From an uncultured Bacilli bacterium (lineage in GTDB: Bacteria > Bacillota_I > Bacilli_A > RF39 > UBA660): a stretch of DNA of 36,877 bases. Location of the stretch: contig CANPYQ010000001.1 of assembly GCA_947588865.1 (NCBI GenBank), positions 1 through 36,877 on the forward strand, read 5' to 3'. The position numbers were made by a program, and so were the translations under genes. Position 1 is the first letter of the stretch. Every line of letters starts with the position of its first letter. Shown one piece after another: positions 34,771 to 36,877 of this stretch. The notes beneath the pieces are model-generated. The model had not been told where the DNA came from. It made no database searches and saw nothing but the letters and a program-made list of their open reading frames with translations.

Positions 34771-35916
34771 ATGAAAAAAAGAAGAGTAAAAAAAGGCAAA
34801 GTATTAATTGCAGTATTATTATTTTTATTTATTATAGGATTAATAATATTTGGGATATTATTTATAAACCATGATTCTACTAATAAATCAAAAGATAAAG
34901 ATAACAAAGTTGAAGAAAAGCAACCAGAACCACCTAAAGAAAAAAGAATGTCTTTAGTAGCTGTAGGTGATGCATTAATACACGGCGCAGTATATATGGA
35001 CGCAGATATTGGCGGTGGAAATTATGATTTTAGTAAGATGTTTACCGATATTGAACCGCTTATCAAAGATTATGATTTAAGATATTATAATCAAGAGACA
35101 ATAATAGGTGGGAAAAATTTAGGAGTATCACATTATCCTACATTTAATTCTCCAGATGAAATAGCTTTAAATTTAATGGATATAGGATTTAATTTAGTAA
35201 GTCTTGCTAATAATCATTCTATGGATAAAGGAGAAGCAGGAATACTTTATTCTGTAAATTTTTGGAGAGATAAAGATGTAGTAGTAAGTGGACAATCAGA
35301 TTCATTTGAAAATAGAAATGATATAAAAATTTATGAAAAAAATGGAATAAAATATGCATTTATAGCTTACACAGAAATGACTAATGGAATTCCAGTTCCA
35401 ACCGGTAAAGAGTATTTAGTAAATGTTTATTCAGATGAACAAGCAAAAATTGATATTGAAAGCGTAAAAGATAAGGTAGATGTTGTAATAGTTTCAATGC
35501 ATTGGGGAGAAGAATATACAAATGTTCCGACAGAATCTGAAAAAAGAGAAGCAGAGTATTTATCTAGCTTAGGTGTAGATCTTATAATAGGTTCTCACCC
35601 ACACGTTATACAGCCAGTAGATTATGTAGGGGATACTCTTGTAATATATTCACTTGGTAACTTTATATCTGGTCAAAGTCCACTTGGAATAGATAAAATA
35701 ATTGGCTTAATGGTAGGAATGGATATAGTAGTTAATGAAGATAAAGTATCATTTGAAAATGTAAATTATAAATTATTGTATACTTATTCAACTAGTAATT
35801 GTAAAAACTATAAAGTAATACCTTTTGATAATTTAACTGATGATATATTAACAAATCACGAGGCAATAAAACAGCAATACATGGATATTGTAACATCCGA
35901 GGTATCATATGATTGA
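34771..35916 (+). CDS. CapA-family protein, copy 2 (tandem paralog)
   Basis: RBS GGAGG. Same motifs: AVGDALIHG, SLANNHSMDKG, MHWGEEY, GSHPHVIQP and SLGNFIS. Confidence 0.85.
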   Translation: MKKRRVKKGKVLIAVLLFLFIIGLIIFGILFINHDSTNKSKDKDNKVEEKQPEPPKEKRMSLVAVGDALIHGAVYMDADIGGGNYDFSKMFTDIEPLIKDYDLRYYNQETIIGGKNLGVSHYPTFNSPDEIALNLMDIGFNLVSLANNHSMDKGEAGILYSVNFWRDKDVVVSGQSDSFENRNDIKIYEKNGIKYAFIAYTEMTNGIPVPTGKEYLVNVYSDEQAKIDIESVKDKVDVVIVSMHWGEEYTNVPTESEKREAEYLSSLGVDLIIGSHPHVIQPVDYVGDTLVIYSLGNFISGQSPLGIDKIIGLMVGMDIVVNEDKVSFENVNYKLLYTYSTSNCKNYKVIPFDNLTDDILTNHEAIKQQYMDIVTSEVSYD

Positions 35917-36355
35917 AATTAATAATAAAAAGGCATATTTTGATTATTTTATAGAAGAAGAAATAGAATGTGGTATTGCACTTAAAGGAACAGAAATAAA
36001 ATCTATTAGAGAAGGAATTGCCAATTTAAAAGATTGTTATGCAGTCATAAAAAATAATGAAGTATTTTTGATTAATATGTACATAGGAAAATATGACAAT
36101 GCGAGTATATTTAACCATGAAGAAAGAAGAACAAGAAAGCTTTTACTTAATAAAAAGGAAATACTAAAATTAAGAGATAAGATTGAAATTAGTGGTTATA
36201 CCTTAGTTCCTCTAAAGTTGTACTTTAAAAGTAATAGGGCAAAGATATTACTTGGCGTAGGTAAGGGGAAAAAAAATTATGATAAAAGAGAGTCAATTAA
36301 ACAAAAAGATTTGAAAAAAGAAATAGACAGATCATTAAAAGATAGATATATGTAA
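35909..36355 (+). CDS. smpB: SsrA-binding protein SmpB
   Basis: NKKAYFDYFIEE..ECGIALKGTEIKSIR...RKLLLNKKEILKL...GYTLVPLKLYF...GKGKKNYDKRE. It overlaps the previous gene by 8 nt. Confidence 0.93.
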   Translation: MIEINNKKAYFDYFIEEEIECGIALKGTEIKSIREGIANLKDCYAVIKNNEVFLINMYIGKYDNASIFNHEERRTRKLLLNKKEILKLRDKIEISGYTLVPLKLYFKSNRAKILLGVGKGKKNYDKRESIKQKDLKKEIDRSLKDRYM

Positions 36356-36404
36356 TTTTATAGTTAAAATATTTAAATATATAATAAAAGTTATAAAATA
36401 ATAC

Positions 36405-36433
36405 TTGCATTTTTAATTTGTTTATTATATACT
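36405..36433 (+). promoter_or_regulatory. Sigma-A-type promoter upstream of spoVG
   Basis: TTGCAT (36405-36410), 17-nt spacer, TATACT (36428-36433). Confidence 0.5.
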
Positions 36434-36467
36434 TAACATGTGAATGATAACAAAAGGAGATGGTTTT

Positions 36468-36719
36468 ATGAAGATTACGTCAGTCAATGTTCACAAAAAA
36501 AATGATGATACGAGAATGAAAGGGATAGCATCTGTACTTTTAGATGATTGTTTTGTAATTCGTGACATTAGAATAATTGAAGGTAAAGATGGTTTATTTA
36601 TAGCTATGCCTAGCAGAAAAAATGCTGAAGGTGAATATCATGATATAGCTCATCCAATTAATGCTGAAACAAGAAAAATGTTTGAAGATGCTATATTTGA
36701 AGAATATAATAAAGAATAA
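36468..36719 (+). CDS. spoVG: Septation/regulatory protein SpoVG
   Basis: The ORF track starts at 36444. I prefer ATG 36468 after AAGGAG. MKITSVNVHKKNDDTRMKGIASVLLDDCFVIRDIRIIEGKDGLFIAMPSRK..GEYHDIAHPIN is the SpoVG signature. Confidence 0.92.
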   Translation: MKITSVNVHKKNDDTRMKGIASVLLDDCFVIRDIRIIEGKDGLFIAMPSRKNAEGEYHDIAHPINAETRKMFEDAIFEEYNKE

Positions 36720-36720
36720 T

Positions 36721-36750
36721 AAATGAAATTGACTGTAGTCAATTTCATTT
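36721..36750 (+). terminator. Perfect 13-bp hairpin terminator after spoVG, abutting the IS end
   Basis: aaatgaaattgac (36721-36733) pairs with gtcaatttcattt (36738-36750) around a 4-nt loop. Its 3' end touches the IS homology boundary at 36748. Confidence 0.65.
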
Positions 36751-36877
36751 TAAAAATATATAATACATAGTGACCCCATGGTTATTATGTATTTTTTGTG
36801 TTTTGGTATATAATATGTGGTTATAGATTGGAGGTGAAATTTATGTGGACAAGTTATAAAGAACTCTATGACAGTAT
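36748..36877 (+). mobile_element. Partial second IS copy (IS481-family-like), inverted relative to the copy at 1-364. The transposase gene reads rightward out of the window.
   Basis: Matches the reverse complement of 235-364 with 3 mismatches. It contains RBS GGAGGTG and an ATG at 36843. Confidence 0.75.
36843..36877 (+). CDS. IS481-family-like transposase, first 11 codons (partial)
   Basis: ATG TGG ACA AGT TAT AAA GAA CTC TAT GAC AGT translates to MWTSYKELYDS, identical to the start of the minus-strand gene ending at 269. Confidence 0.65.
   Translation, partial: MWTSYKELYDS

Noticed and set aside
522-34907. All 18 minus-strand ORFs in the supplied track (for example 522-812, 5800-6048, 12509-12736, 13120-13560, 24985-25224, 31664-31981, 34680-34907).
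   Set aside because: Each lies entirely antisense to a + strand gene with strong motif support. Their translations are low-complexity (rich in Ile, Phe, Leu, Ser, Asn). None has a convincing RBS. Such shadow ORFs are expected in very AT-rich DNA, where stop codons are depleted in particular antisense frames.
33650-35916. The tandem CapA-family genes as part of the accessory system or a capsule locus.
   Set aside because: No CapB/CapC (PgsB/PgsC) partners are present. The pair sits in a conserved-looking rnr-smpB housekeeping context. Tandem CapA-like paralogs are common and probably unrelated to the T4SS/Tad cluster.
36356-36467. An expected tmRNA gene (ssrA) downstream of smpB.
   Set aside because: The 112-nt gap is AT-rich promoter-like sequence. 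It has no GGGG 5' end and no T-arm (GGTTCGA-type) or CCA-proximal acceptor features. ssrA must be elsewhere.
365-36747. The whole interval as a bona fide composite transposon that delivered the T4SS/Tad cluster.
   Set aside because: The interval also contains core housekeeping genes in typical Firmicutes synteny (rnr-smpB, spoVG, rmuC). Two independent IS insertions, with potential for inversion, are more parsimonious. This cannot be settled without the full IS copies and their target-site duplications.
1-36877. Mollicutes genetic code (UGA = Trp), considered because of the extreme AT-richness and ICE-like gene content. Also CRISPR arrays, tRNA and rRNA genes.
   Set aside because: TGA clearly terminates genes (6832, 10839, 11290), with the next gene's RBS and start following immediately, and all long ORFs are intact under the standard code. 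No regularly spaced direct repeats or tRNA/rRNA-like conserved stems were seen anywhere.

Overview
Very AT-rich sequence (roughly three-quarters A+T by eye) of Firmicutes type. It uses the standard code: TGA acts as a stop at 6832, 10839 and 11290, each with the next gene starting just downstream. Nearly all real genes are on the + strand. No rRNA, tRNA, tmRNA or CRISPR array was seen.

(1) Accessory cluster, 439-27091. It contains:
- a monocistronic gene for a 910-aa secreted, Cys-rich adhesin-like protein;
- two membrane/surface proteins;
- a Tad/Flp-type (type IVc) pilus module: CpaB-like protein, CpaF/TadA ATPase, TadB-like, TadC-like and TadZ-like proteins, plus four pilin-like proteins sharing an unusual M-[KR]-E-[AS]-x-G leader;
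- a tandem array of small two-TM VirB2/TrbC-like paralogs;
- a Gram-positive-type T4SS: VirB6-like, PrgI/VirB3-like, VirB4 split into two ORFs, CHAP hydrolase, lipoprotein, M23+lysozyme hydrolase, two VirB8-sized proteins and a VirD4 coupling protein.

I found no relaxase, integrase/recombinase or prepilin peptidase in the window.

(2) Housekeeping genes, 27263-36719: rhodanese, rmuC, a membrane protein, a J-domain-like protein, rnr, two tandem CapA-family genes, smpB and spoVG. A fifth VirB2-like module, fused to a Cys-rich ectodomain, interrupts them at 30337-31419.

(3) The 36.4-kb interval between 364 and 36748 is bracketed by inverted, near-identical partial copies of an IS481-like element whose transposase genes read outward.

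All family assignments come from motifs read by eye in the supplied translations. No database search was possible.
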